64,000 nucleotides of DNA from Laetmonice hystrix (lineage: Eukaryota), in assembly GCA_965235115.1 (NCBI GenBank), contig OZ249436.1, positions 46,440,001 to 46,504,000 on the forward strand, written 5' to 3'. The notes under the pieces were generated by a model. The model was not told where the DNA came from. It ran no database searches and saw nothing but the letters and a program-made list of their open reading frames with translations. Positions 21,770-35,300 of this stretch are shown here, piece by piece; position 1 is the first letter of the stretch; each line of letters opens with the position of its first letter. The position numbers and the translations under genes were made by a program.

Positions 21770-22543
21770 AGGCCAAATGACAAATTTTTGTCGAGGTACC
21801 TTGCCAAAAAGTCGTCAAAAAGTCCGTTGTAACGGCAAGCCGACGCCAGTCGGCTCTACCTCGACAGCTGGAGAGATCATGTCTCGGCCGTAATCGTCAG
21901 GTCGCCATTTTTGAAAGTAGTCACACAAACAAAACAAACCCATGTGGTTTTCACAGCTGCCATCTTAGCCTTTGTCGCTATAAAAACAATTCTAGCGGGT
22001 GTCTACGGAAGGAATCTGCCGACGAGGTATGTGAAATAACGTCCTCCTTCGTATCTCGCCTCGACTGCCTCACCAGTTTCCGAGCGCTGTGAGTGTGACT
22101 GAGTCACTGAGTGTTGTGTTGAGTGTCGCCGACGATAGGACGCATAAGCCCTTTCCGAGTTGAGCATGTTTCTCTCTGTTTTGGTTTTAATTGCCGCGAT
22201 TTTCCCTTGGTTATCGGACAGTTTTCAAGTGCATAATGCAAACACTCCTCAACGGCTGTAGGGATTACTTGGTCAGCGCGCATTGTGCCCCCTGCCTGCT
22301 TACTCAGTATTCATGCGCGCCGCATCACAAACTCCCACAAATCTGTCCATTACGCCCGAGGTGAAAATCCGAACCCAGCTGGCGGACTTTCCCGAGGGTT
22401 CCCGAATGAGCCGACGCCTGTTTTTCTCAAACCGGAAGCCGGAAGCTGATGCAAGCATTCAATTCCCAGCACTTAACTCATTCGGCCCACCTCGGGACTG
22501 TCTGAGCCAGATCCACACTCCTTCCCATGAGCCTCTCCGTACC

Positions 22544-23079
22544 TCAAGTCTCACTGCCACAACTTGACAATTTGGTGGTCGACAGCCACAAAGTTCACCC
22601 CTAAAATAGGTACCATATAAGCTACATTTCGCCAATAGTGTTTGAAATGTTTAAATATCAGATAATAAACCAGCATCAACATGATAGGCTCTATCCAGAG
22701 AACATTCCTTCTCATTTATTTGAGGAACTATTTGATTGTCGGATGTGAACAGGTCGCATTCCGCGTTGACTGTTGAACGGTTCACTCGCCAGGGGCACGG
22801 CTCACTCCGCCAGGCGCATCGTAAGCAACAGCGTTGAGGTGGAAAATAATGCTTGTTCCATATCCTGTGGATGTCTCACCGTCCCACAAAGCTTGCAAAA
22901 TACACTTCTGTTTTAACGTTATAGAGGGGAGAATTTAGCCAAAACCTGCTCAAGTGCTGCTTCAAACGAACCGCTGTCCGTTGAATGTTGCTATGGTGCA
23001 CGTAGTCCCGACCAGTTGGGTCCCTGCTTCACTCCTCTAGGCAGGGAACCTGTTTGTCACTTGTGGCAGTGAGACTTGA
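22544..23079 (-). mobile_element. Degraded TIR element with a possible RecQ-helicase remnant (AcademH-like)
   Basis: Inverted ends tcaagtctcactgccacaa / ttgtggcagtgagacttga. Minus strand reads KQKCILQALWDG.TSTGYGTSIIFH, resembling the RecQ motif 0/I region (..LPTGYGKSLIF). No TSD, broken frame. Confidence 0.35.
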
Positions 23080-23102
23080 TGCATATATTGACCACGTATA
23101 CC

Positions 23103-23328
23103 TGGCCTCGTCAGGCCAAATGACAAATGACAAATTTTTGTCGAGGTATCTTGCCAAAAAGTCGCCAAAAAGTCCGTTGTAACGGCAAGATGAAAGTCAG
23201 TTTTCATCATCGGACAGTTTTCAAGTGCATAATGCAAACACTCCTCAACGGCTGTAGGGATTACTTGGTCAGCGCGCATTGTGCCCCCTGCCTGCTTACT
23301 CAGTATTCATTCGCGCCGCGTCACAAAC
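23103..23328. repeat. Local duplicated fragments of 21760-21840 and 22213-22330, immediately before the satellite start
   Basis: tggcctcgtcaggccaaatgacaaa..gtaacggcaag and atcggacagttttcaagtgc..cagtattcat each occur twice. Confidence 0.8.
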
Positions 23329-26300
23329 TGTCAAGCGTATAGGTCTCGTACGTTCACTACAGATATATGGTTGTGATGTGTACACTTCCCATTTGAGTAT
23401 CTTCTCCAGATTTTAACATTAGATGCTCCTCGCCTGTACCTTTCATTTCCACTACCTCATTGTAGTGTTTGCATGGCTACTATAGGCCAGCTGGTAAGAT
23501 GTAGGGACTTCTCACTCTACTGGTTGGCCTCCCACACTGCTTGGCTCCACAGTGTACTGTTTGGCCTCACTGTACTCTTTGGCCTCACTGTATTTTTCTT
23601 TTGAAATGCACGGGCATCAGGGGTAACCCAATTACTTTGACAATGTCCCTAAAGAGAAAAGTTGTATAGTCCTCTACAGGAATCGAACCCAGGCCCTAAG
23701 ATTACTGCACCCATTCGCATAGCATAAGGTGTTCGTTTGGGTGCTAGGCCAGCCAGTATACCTTGTAGCGATTCCTCCCCGTACTGTTTGGCCTCACTAT
23801 ACCGTTTGCTTGTATACAAGAGTAGCCAGTAGTATAGGGACGCCTCATATTTCAATTTCCATGCCTTTATTGTCCAGGAGGGAGGCCATACGTTTCATCT
23901 ATCATCTACTCCCATCTAATCTGTGTCCCCTACAGACCATCTGTAAGTGTCCGACAACGTTGTCAGGTCGTCCCAATGACTGTTTGCCGTCAAGGTTTAG
24001 TTAACGATGGCAAATGACGTTGTACGCCTATTCTATATCAGATATCCCATCCCCAAGTAACAAACAAAGAAAGGATGATTACCCAGAGATGTTGCCGGCA
24101 GAAAACACCAGGGTGCAGCTGACGGCGCTGACTGCACTGCCACCTTCCGGCCAGCGGTGGAATCACCACGTACACCTGGCCGGGCTGGCAGGCACCTGTG
24201 GCCCTTAGGGGAGAGACAGGTTAAAGCAATGATAAGCGAAAAATGGCTACATTTTTGATACGTCAAATTGAAACTACGGCCCCCAAAATTATTATTCTTA
24301 GGCCAGATGTATAACTGTCAAGCGTATAGGTCTCGTACGTTCACTACAGATATATGGTTGTGATGTGTACACTTCCCATTTGAGTATCTTCTCCAGATTT
24401 TAACATTAGATGCTCCTCGCCTGTACCTTACATTTCCACTACCTCATTGTAGTGTTTGCATGGCTACTATAGGCCAGCTGGTAAGATGTAGGGACTTCTC
24501 ACTCCACTGGTTGGCCTCCCACACTGCTTGGCTCCACAGTGTAGGCCTACTCTTTGGCCTCACTGTACTCTTTGGCCTCACTGTAGTGTTCGTTTGGGTG
24601 CTAGGCCAGCCAGTATACCTTGTAGCGATTCCTCCCCGTACTGTTTGGCCTCCCTGTACCGTTTGCTTGTATACAAGAGTAGCCAGTAGTATAGGGACAC
24701 CTCATGTTTCAGTTTTCATGCCTTTATTGTCCAGGAGGCAGGCCATACATTTCGTCTATCATCTACTCCCATCTAATCTGTGTCCCCTACAAACCATCTG
24801 TAAGCGTCCGACAACGTTGTCAGGTCGTCCCAATGACTATTTGCCGTCAAGGTTTAGTTAACAATGGCACATGACCTGGTACGCCTATTCTATATGAGAT
24901 ATCCCATCCCCAAGTAACAAACAAACAAAGGATGATTACCCAGAGATTTTGCCGGCAGAAAACACCAGGGTGCAGCTGACGGCGCTGACTGCACTGCCGC
25001 CTTCCGGCCAGCGGTGGAATCACCACGTACACCTGGCCGGGCTGGCAGGCACCTGTGGCCCTTAGGGGAGAGACAGGTTAAAGCAATGATAAGCGAAAAA
25101 TGGCTACATTTTTGATACGTCAAATTGAAACTACGGCCCCCAAAATTATTATTCTTAGGCCAGATGTATAACTGTCAAGCGTATAGGTCTCGTACGTTCG
25201 CTACAGATATATGGTTGTGATGTGTACACTTCCCATTTGAGTATCTTCTCGACATTTTAACATTAGATGCTCCTCGCCTGTACCTTACATTTCCACTACC
25301 TCACTGTAGTGTTTGCATGGCTACTATATGCCAGATGGTAAGATGTAGGGACTTCTCACTCTACTGGTTGGCCTCCCACACGGCTTGGCTCCACAGTGTA
25401 CTGTTTGGCCTCACTGTACTCTTTGGCCTCACTGTAGTGTTCGTTTGGGTGCTAGGCCAGCCAGTATACCTTGTAGCGATTCCTCCCCGTACTGTTTGGC
25501 CTCCCTGTACCGTTTGCTTGTATACAAGAGTAGCCAGTAGTATAGGGACGCCTCATGTTTCAGTTTCCATGCCTTTATTGTCCAGGAGGCAGGACATACG
25601 TTTCGTCTATCATCTACTCCCATCTTATCTGTGTCCCCTACAGACCATCTGTAAGCGTCCGACAACGTTGTCAGGTCGTCCCAATGACTGTTTGCCGTCA
25701 AGGTTTAGTTAACAATGGCAAATGACGTTGTACGCCTATTCTATATCAGATATCCCATCCCCAAGTAACAAACAAACAAACAAAGGATGATTACCCAGAG
25801 ATGTTGCCGGCAGAAAACACCAAGGTGCAGCTGACGGCGCTGACTGCACTGCCGCCTTCCGGACAGCGGTGGAATCACCACGTACACCTGGCCGGGCTGG
25901 CAGGCACCTGTGGCCCTTAGGCGAGAGACAGGTTAAAGCAATGATAAGCGAAAAATGGCTACATTTTTGATACGTCAAATTGAAACTACGGCCCCCAAAA
26001 TTATTATTCTTAGGCCAGATGTATAACTGTCAAGCGTATAGGTCTCGTACGTTCGCTACAGATATATGGTTGTGATGTGTACACTTCCCATTTGAGTATC
26101 TTCTCCAGATTTTAACATTAGATGCTCCTCGCCTGTACCTTTCATTTCCACTACCTCACTGTAGTGTTTGCATGGCTACTATAGGCCAGCTGATAAGATG
26201 TAGGGACTTCTCACTCTACTGGTTGGCCTCCCACACTGCTTAATTGGCTCCACAGTGTACTGTTTGGCCTCACTGTACTCTTTGGCCTCACTGTAGTTTT

Positions 26301-29300
26301 CGTTTGGGTGCTAGGCCAGCCAGTATACCTTGTACCGATTCCTCCCCGTACTGTTTGGCCTCCCTGTACCGTTTGCTTGTATACAAGAGTAGCCAGTAGT
26401 ATAGGGACGCCTCATGTTTCAGTTTCCATGCCTTTATTGTCCAGGAGGCAGGACATACGTTTCGTCTATCATCTACTCCTATCTTATCTGTGTCCCCTAC
26501 AGACCATCTGTAAGCGTCCGACAACGTTGTCAGGTCGTCCCAATGACTGTTTGCCGTCAAGGTTTAGTTAACAATGGCAAATGACGTTGTACGCCTATTC
26601 TATATCAGATATCCCATCCCCAAGTAACAAACAAACAAACAAAGGATGATTACCCAGAGATTTTGCCGGCAGAAAACACCAGGGTGCAGCTGACGGCGCT
26701 GACTGCACTGCCGCCTTCCGGCCAGCGGTGGAATCATCACGTACACCCTGCCGGGCTGGCAGGCACCTGTGGCCCTTAGGCGAGAGACCGGTTAAAACAA
26801 GGATAAGCGAAAAATGGCTACATTTTTGATACGTCAAATTGAAACTACGGCCCCCAAAATTATTATTCTTAGGCCAGATGTATAACTGTCAAGCGTATAG
26901 GTCTCGTACGTTCGCTACAGATATATGGTTGTGATGTGTACACTTCCCATTTGAGTATCTTCTCCAGATTTTAACATTAGATGCTCCTCGCCTGTACCTT
27001 TCATTTCCACTACCTCACTGTAGTGTTTGCATGGCTACTATAGGCCAGCTGGTAAGATGTAGGGACTTCTCACTCTACTGGTTCGCCTCCCACACTGCTT
27101 GGCTCCACAGTGTAGGCCTACTCTTTGGCCTCACTGTACTCTTTGGCCTCACTGTAGTGTTCGTTTGGGTGCTAGGCCAGCCAGTATACCTTGTAGCGAT
27201 TCCTCCCCGTACTGTTTGGCCTCCCTGTACCGTTTGCTTGTATACAAGAGTAGCCAGTAGTATAGGGACGCCTCATGTTTCAGTTTTCATGCCTTTATTG
27301 TCCAGGAGGCAGGCCATACATTTCGTCTATCATCTACTCCCATCTAATCTGTGTCCCCTACAAACCATCTGTAAGCGTCCGACAACGTTGTCAGGTCGTC
27401 CCAATGACTATTTGCCGTCAAGGTTTAGTTAACAATGGCACATGACCTGGTACGCCTATTCTATATGAGATATCCCATCCCCAAGTAACAAACAAACAAA
27501 GGATGATTACCCAGAGATTTTGCCGGCAGAAAACACCAGGGTGCAGCTGACGGCGCTGACTGCACTGCCGCCTTCCGGCCAGCGGTGGAATCACCACGTA
27601 CACCTGGCCGGGCTGGCAGGCACCTGTGGCCCTTAGGGGAGAGACAGGTTAAAGCAATGATAAGCGAAAAATGGCTACATTTTTGATACGTCAAATTGAA
27701 ACTACGGCCCCCAAAATTATTATTCTTAGGCCAGATGTATAACTGTCAAGCGTATAGGTCTCGTACGTTCGCTACAGATATATGGTTGTGATGTGTACAC
27801 TTCCCATTTGAGTATCTTCTCGACATTTTAACATTAGATGCTCCTCGCCTGTACCTTACATTTCCACTACCTCACTGTAGTGTTTGCATGGCTACTATAT
27901 GCCAGATGGTAAGATGTAGGGACTTCTCACTCTACTGGTTGGCCTCCCACACGGCTTGGCTCCACAGTGTACTGTTTGGCCTCACTGTACTCTTTGGCCT
28001 CACTGTAGTGTTCGTTTGGGTGCTAGGCCAGCCAGTATACCTTGTAGCGATTCCTCCCCGTACTGTTTGGCCTCCCTGTACCGTTTGCTTGTATACAAGA
28101 GTAGCCAGTAGTATAGGGACGCCTCATGTTTCAGTTTCCATGCCTTTATTGTCCAGGAGGCAGGACATACGTTTCGTCTATCATCTACTCCCATCTTATC
28201 TGTGTCCCCTACAGACCATCTGTAAGCGTCCGACAACGTTGTCAGGTCGTCCCAATGACTGTTTGCCGTCAAGGTTTAGTTAACAATGGCAAATGACGTT
28301 GTACGCCTATTCTATATCAGATATCCCATCCCCAAGTAACAAACAAACAAACAAAGGATGATTACCCAGAGATGTTGCCGGCAGAAAACACCAAGGTGCA
28401 GCTGACGGCGCTGACTGCACTGCCGCCTTCCGGACAGCGGTGGAATCACCACGTACACCTGGCCGGGCTGGCAGGCACCTGTGGCCCTTAGGCGAGAGAC
28501 AGGTTAAAGCAATGATAAGCGAAAAATGGCTACATTTTTGATACGTCAAATTGAAACTACGGCCCCCAAAATTATTATTCTTAGGCCAGATGTATAACTG
28601 TCAAGCGTATAGGTCTCGTACGTTCACTACAGATATATGGTTGTGATGTGTACACTTCCCATTTGAGTATCTTCTCCAGATTTTAACATTAGATGCTCCT
28701 CGCCTGTACCTTACATTTCCACTACCTCATTGTAGTGTTTGCATGGCTACTATAGGCCAGCTGGTAAGATGTAGGGACTTCTCACTCCACTGGTTGGCCT
28801 CCCACACTGCTTGGCTCCACAGTGTAGGCCTACTCTTTGGCCTCACTGTACTCTTTGGCCTCACTGTAGTGTTCGTTTGGGTGCTAGGCCAGCCAGTATA
28901 CCTTGTAGCGATTCCTCCCCGTACTGTTTGGCCTCCCTGTACCGTTTGCTTGTATACAAGAGTAGCCAGTAGTATAGGGACACCTCATGTTTCAGTTTTC
29001 ATGCCTTTATTGTCCAGGAGGCAGGCCATACATTTCGTCTATCATCTACTCCCATCTAATCTGTGTCCCCTACAAACCATCTGTAAGCGTCCGACAACGT
29101 TGTCAGGTCGTCCCAATGACTATTTGCCGTCAAGGTTTAGTTAACAATGGCACATGACCTGGTACGCCTATTCTATATGAGATATCCCATCCCCAAGTAA
29201 CAAACAAACAAAGGATGATTACCCAGAGATTTTGCCGGCAGAAAACACCAGGGTGCAGCTGACGGCGCTGACTGCACTGCCGCCTTCCGGCCAGCGGTGG

Positions 29301-32300
29301 AATCACCACGTACACCTGGCCGGGCTGGCAGGCACCTGTGGCCCTTAGGGGAGAGACAGGTTAAAGCAATGATAAGCGAAAAATGGCTACATTTTTGATA
29401 CGTCAAATTGAAACTACGGCCCCCAAAATTATTATTCTTAGGCCAGATGTATAACTGTCAAGCGTATAGGTCTCGTACGTTCGCTACAGATATATGGTTG
29501 TGATGTGTACACTTCCCATTTGAGTATCTTCTCGACATTTTAACATTAGATGCTCCTCGCCTGTACCTTACATTTCCACTACCTCACTGTAGTGTTTGCA
29601 TGGCTACTATATGCCAGATGGTAAGATGTAGGGACTTCTCACTCTACTGGTTGGCCTCCCACACGGCTTGGCTCCACAGTGTACTGTTTGGCCTCACTGT
29701 ACTCTTTGGCCTCACTGTAGTGTTCGTTTGGGTGCTAGGCCAGCCAGTATACCTTGTAGCGATTCCTCCCCGTACTGTTTGGCCTCCCTGTACCGTTTGC
29801 TTGTATACAAGAGTAGCCAGTAGTATAGGGACGCCTCATGTTTCAGTTTCCATGCCTTTATTGTCCAGGAGGCAGGACATACGTTTCGTCTATCATCTAC
29901 TCCCATCTTATCTGTGTCCCCTACAGACCATCTGTAAGCGTCCGACAACGTTGTCAGGTCGTCCCAATGACTGTTTGCCGTCAAGGTTTAGTTAACAATG
30001 GCAAATGACGTTGTACGCCTATTCTATATCAGATATCCCATCCCCAAGTAACAAACAAACAAACAAAGGATGATTACCCAGAGATGTTGCCGGCAGAAAA
30101 CACCAAGGTGCAGCTGACGGCGCTGACTGCACTGCCGCCTTCCGGACAGCGGTGGAATCACCACGTACACCTGGCCGGGCTGGCAGGCACCTGTGGCCCT
30201 TAGGCGAGAGACAGGTTAAAGCAATGATAAGCGAAAAATGGCTACATTTTTGATACGTCAAATTGAAACTACGGCCCCCAAAATTATTATTCTTAGGCCA
30301 GATGTATAACTGTCAAGCGTATAGGTCTCGTACGTTCGCTACAGATATATGGTTGTGATGTGTACACTTCCCATTTGAGTATCTTCTCCAGATTTTAACA
30401 TTAGATGCTCCTCGCCTGTACCTTTCATTTCCACTACCTCACTGTAGTGTTTGCATGGCTACTATAGGCCAGCTGATAAGATGTAGGGACTTCTCACTCT
30501 ACTGGTTGGCCTCCCACACTGCTTAATTGGCTCCACAGTGTACTGTTTGGCCTCACTGTACTCTTTGGCCTCACTGTAGTTTTCGTTTGGGTGCTAGGCC
30601 AGCCAGTATACCTTGTACCGATTCCTCCCCGTACTGTTTGGCCTCCCTGTACCGTTTGCTTGTATACAAGAGTAGCCAGTAGTATAGGGACGCCTCATGT
30701 TTCAGTTTCCATGCCTTTATTGTCCAGGAGGCAGGACATACGTTTCGTCTATCATCTACTCCTATCTTATCTGTGTCCCCTACAGACCATCTGTAAGCGT
30801 CCGACAACGTTGTCAGGTCGTCCCAATGACTGTTTGCCGTCAAGGTTTAGTTAACAATGGCAAATGACGTTGTACGCCTATTCTATATCAGATATCCCAT
30901 CCCCAAGTAACAAACAAACAAACAAAGGATGATTACCCAGAGATTTTGCCGGCAGAAAACACCAGGGTGCAGCTGACGGCGCTGACTGCACTGCCGCCTT
31001 CCGGCCAGCGGTGGAATCATCACGTACACCCTGCCGGGCTGGCAGGCACCTGTGGCCCTTAGGCGAGAGACCGGTTAAAACAAGGATAAGCGAAAAATGG
31101 CTACATTTTTGATACGTCAAATTGAAACTACGGCCCCCAAAATTATTATTCTTAGGCCAGATGTATAACTGTCAAGCGTATAGGTCTCGTACGTTCGCTA
31201 CAGATATATGGTTGTGATGTGTACACTTCCCATTTGAGTATCTTCTCGAGATTTTAACATTAGATGCTCCTCGCCTGTACCTTTCATTTCCACTACCTCA
31301 CTGTAGTGTTTGCATGGCTACTATAGGCCAGCTGGTAAGATGTAGGGACTTCTCACTCTACTGGTTCGCCTCCCACACTGCTTGGCTCCACAGTGTAGGC
31401 CTACTCTTTGGCCTCACTGTACTCTTTGGCCTCACTGTAGTGTTCGTTTGGGTGCTAGGCCAGCCAGTATACCTTGTAGCGATTCCTCCCCGTACTGTTT
31501 GGCCTCCCTGTACCGTTTGCTTGTATACAAGAGTAGCCAGTAGTATAGGGACGCCTCATGTTTCAGTTTTCATGCCTTTATTGTCCAGGAGGCAGGCCAT
31601 ACATTTCGTCTATCATCTACTCCCATCTAATCTGTGTCCCCTACAAACCATCTGTAAGCGTCCGACAACGTTGTCAGGTCGTCCCAATGACTATTTGCCG
31701 TCAAGGTTTAGTTAACAATGGCACATGACCTGGTACGCCTATTCTATATGAGATATCCCATCCCCAAGTAACAAACAAACAAAGGATGATTACCCAGAGA
31801 TTTTGCCGGCAGAAAACACCAGGGTGCAGCTGACGGCGCTGACTGCACTGCCGCCTTCCGGCCAGCGGTGGAATCACCACGTACACCTGGCCGGGCTGGC
31901 AGGCACCTGTGGCCCTTAGGGGAGAGACAGGTTAAAGCAATGATAAGCGAAAAATGGCTACATTTTTGATACGTCAAATTGAAACTACGGCCCCCAAAAT
32001 TATTATTCTTAGGCCAGATGTATAACTGTCAAGCGTATAGGTCTCGTACGTTCGCTACAGATATATGGTTGTGATGTGTACACTTCCCATTTGAGTATCT
32101 TCTCGACATTTTAACATTAGATGCTCCTCGCCTGTACCTTACATTTCCACTACCTCACTGTAGTGTTTGCATGGCTACTATATGCCAGATGGTAAGATGT
32201 AGGGACTTCTCACTCTACTGGTTGGCCTCCCACACGGCTTGGCTCCACAGTGTACTGTTTGGCCTCACTGTACTCTTTGGCCTCACTGTAGTGTTCGTTT

Positions 32301-35300
32301 GGGTGCTAGGCCAGCCAGTATACCTTGTAGCGATTCCTCCCCGTACTGTTTGGCCTCCCTGTACCGTTTGCTTGTATACAAGAGTAGCCAGTAGTATAGG
32401 GACGCCTCATGTTTCAGTTTCCATGCCTTTATTGTCCAGGAGGCAGGACATACGTTTCGTCTATCATCTACTCCCATCTTATCTGTGTCCCCTACAGACC
32501 ATCTGTAAGCGTCCGACAACGTTGTCAGGTCGTCCCAATGACTGTTTGCCGTCAAGGTTTAGTTAACAATGGCAAATGACGTTGTACGCCTATTCTATAT
32601 CAGATATCCCATCCCCAAGTAACAAACAAACAAACAAAGGATGATTACCCAGAGATGTTGCCGGCAGAAAACACCAAGGTGCAGCTGACGGCGCTGACTG
32701 CACTGCCGCCTTCCGGACAGCGGTGGAATCACCACGTACACCTGGCCGGGCTGGCAGGCACCTGTGGCCCTTAGGCGAGAGACAGGTTAAAGCAATGATA
32801 AGCGAAAAATGGCTACATTTTTGATACGTCAAATTGAAACTACGGCCCCCAAAATTATTATTCTTAGGCCAGATGTATAACTGTCAAGCGTATAGGTCTC
32901 GTACGTTCGCTACAGATATATGGTTGTGATGTGTACACTTCCCATTTGAGTATCTTCTCCAGATTTTAACATTAGATGCTCCTCGCCTGTACCTTTCATT
33001 TCCACTACCTCACTGTAGTGTTTGCATGGCTACTATAGGCCAGCTGATAAGATGTAGGGACTTCTCACTCTACTGGTTGGCCTCCCACACTGCTTAATTG
33101 GCTCCACAGTGTACTGTTTGGCCTCACTGTACTCTTTGGCCTCACTGTAGTTTTCGTTTGGGTGCTAGGCCAGCCAGTATACCTTGTACCGATTCCTCCC
33201 CGTACTGTTTGGCCTCCCTGTACCGTTTGCTTGTATACAAGAGTAGCCAGTAGTATAGGGACGCCTCATGTTTCAGTTTCCATGCCTTTATTGTCCAGGA
33301 GGCAGGACATACGTTTCGTCTATCATCTACTCCTATCTTATCTGTGTCCCCTACAGACCATCTGTAAGCGTCCGACAACGTTGTCAGGTCGTCCCAATGA
33401 CTGTTTGCCGTCAAGGTTTAGTTAACAATGGCAAATGACGTTGTACGCCTATTCTATATCAGATATCCCATCCCCAAGTAACAAACAAACAAACAAAGGA
33501 TGATTACCCAGAGATTTTGCCGGCAGAAAACACCAGGGTGCAGCTGACGGCGCTGACTGCACTGCCGCCTTCCGGCCAGCGGTGGAATCATCACGTACAC
33601 CCTGCCGGGCTGGCAGGCACCTGTGGCCCTTAGGCGAGAGACCGGTTAAAACAAGGATAAGCGAAAAATGGCTACATTTTTGATACGTCAAATTGAAACT
33701 ACGGCCCCCAAAATTATTATTCTTAGGCCAGATGTATAACTGTCAAGCGTATAGGTCTCGTACGTTCGCTACAGATATATGGTTGTGATGTGTACACTTC
33801 CCATTTGAGTATCTTCTCGAGATTTTAACATTAGATGCTCCTCGCCTGTACCTTTCATTTCCACTACCTCACTGTAGTGTTTGCATGGCTACTATAGGCC
33901 AGCTGGTAAGATGTAGGGACTTCTCACTCTACTGGTTCGCCTCCCACACTGCTTGGCTCCACAGTGTAGGCCTACTCTTTGGCCTCACTGTACTCTTTGG
34001 CCTCACTGTAGTGTTCGTTTGGGTGCTAGGCCAGCCAGTATACCTTGTAGCGATTCCTCCCCGTACTGTTTGGCCTCCCTGTACCGTTTGCTTGTATACA
34101 AGAGTAGCCAGTAGTATAGGGACGCCTCATGTTTCAGTTTCCATGCCTTTATTGTCCAGGAGGCAGGACATACGTTTCGTCTATCATCTACTCCCATCTT
34201 ATCTGTGTCCCCTACAGACCATCTGTAAGCGTCCGACAACGTTGTCAGGTCGTCCCAATGACTGTTTGCCGTCAAGGTTTAGTTAACAATGGCAAATGAC
34301 GTTGTACGCCTATTCTATATCAGATATCCCATCCCCAAGTAACAAACAAACAAACAAAGGATGATTACCCAGAGATGTTGCCGGCAGAAAACACCAAGGT
34401 GCAGCTGACGGCGCTGACTGCACTGCCGCCTTCCGGACAGCGGTGGAATCACCACGTACACCTGGCCGGGCTGGCAGGCACCTGTGGCCCTTAGGCGAGA
34501 GACAGGTTAAAGCAATGATAAGCGAAAAATGGCTACATTTTTGATACGTCAAATTGAAACTACGGCCCCCAAAATTATTATTCTTAGGCCAGATGTATAA
34601 CTGTCAAGCGTATAGGTCTCGTACGTTCGCTACAGATATATGGTTGTGATGTGTACACTTCCCATTTGAGTATCTTCTCCAGATTTTAACATTAGATGCT
34701 CCTCGCCTGTACCTTTCATTTCCACTACCTCACTGTAGTGTTTGCATGGCTACTATAGGCCAGCTGATAAGATGTAGGGACTTCTCACTCTACTGGTTGG
34801 CCTCCCACACTGCTTAATTGGCTCCACAGTGTACTGTTTGGCCTCACTGTACTCTTTGGCCTCACTGTAGTTTTCGTTTGGGTGCTAGGCCAGCCAGTAT
34901 ACCTTGTACCGATTCCTCCCCGTACTGTTTGGCCTCCCTGTACCGTTTGCTTGTATACAAGAGTAGCCAGTAGTATAGGGACGCCTCATGTTTCAGTTTC
35001 CATGCCTTTATTGTCCAGGAGGCAGGACATACGTTTCGTCTATCATCTACTCCTATCTTATCTGTGTCCCCTACAGACCATCTGTAAGCGTCCGACAACG
35101 TTGTCAGGTCGTCCCAATGACTGTTTGCCGTCAAGGTTTAGTTAACAATGGCAAATGACGTTGTACGCCTATTCTATATCAGATATCCCATCCCCAAGTA
35201 ACAAACAAACAAACAAAGGATGATTACCCAGAGATTTTGCCGGCAGAAAACACCAGGGTGCAGCTGACGGCGCTGACTGCACTGCCGCCTTCCGGCCAGC

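Noticed and set aside
21850..22500. CpG-rich stretch with YY1- and ETS-like motifs suggesting a promoter
   Set aside because: Embedded in duplicated TE-like fragments, with no linked exon identified.
24960..25045. Helicase-like words in the satellite (LTALTA on +, GQVYV on -)
   Set aside because: Isolated 5-6 aa matches on opposite strands with no flanking motifs; consistent with chance.
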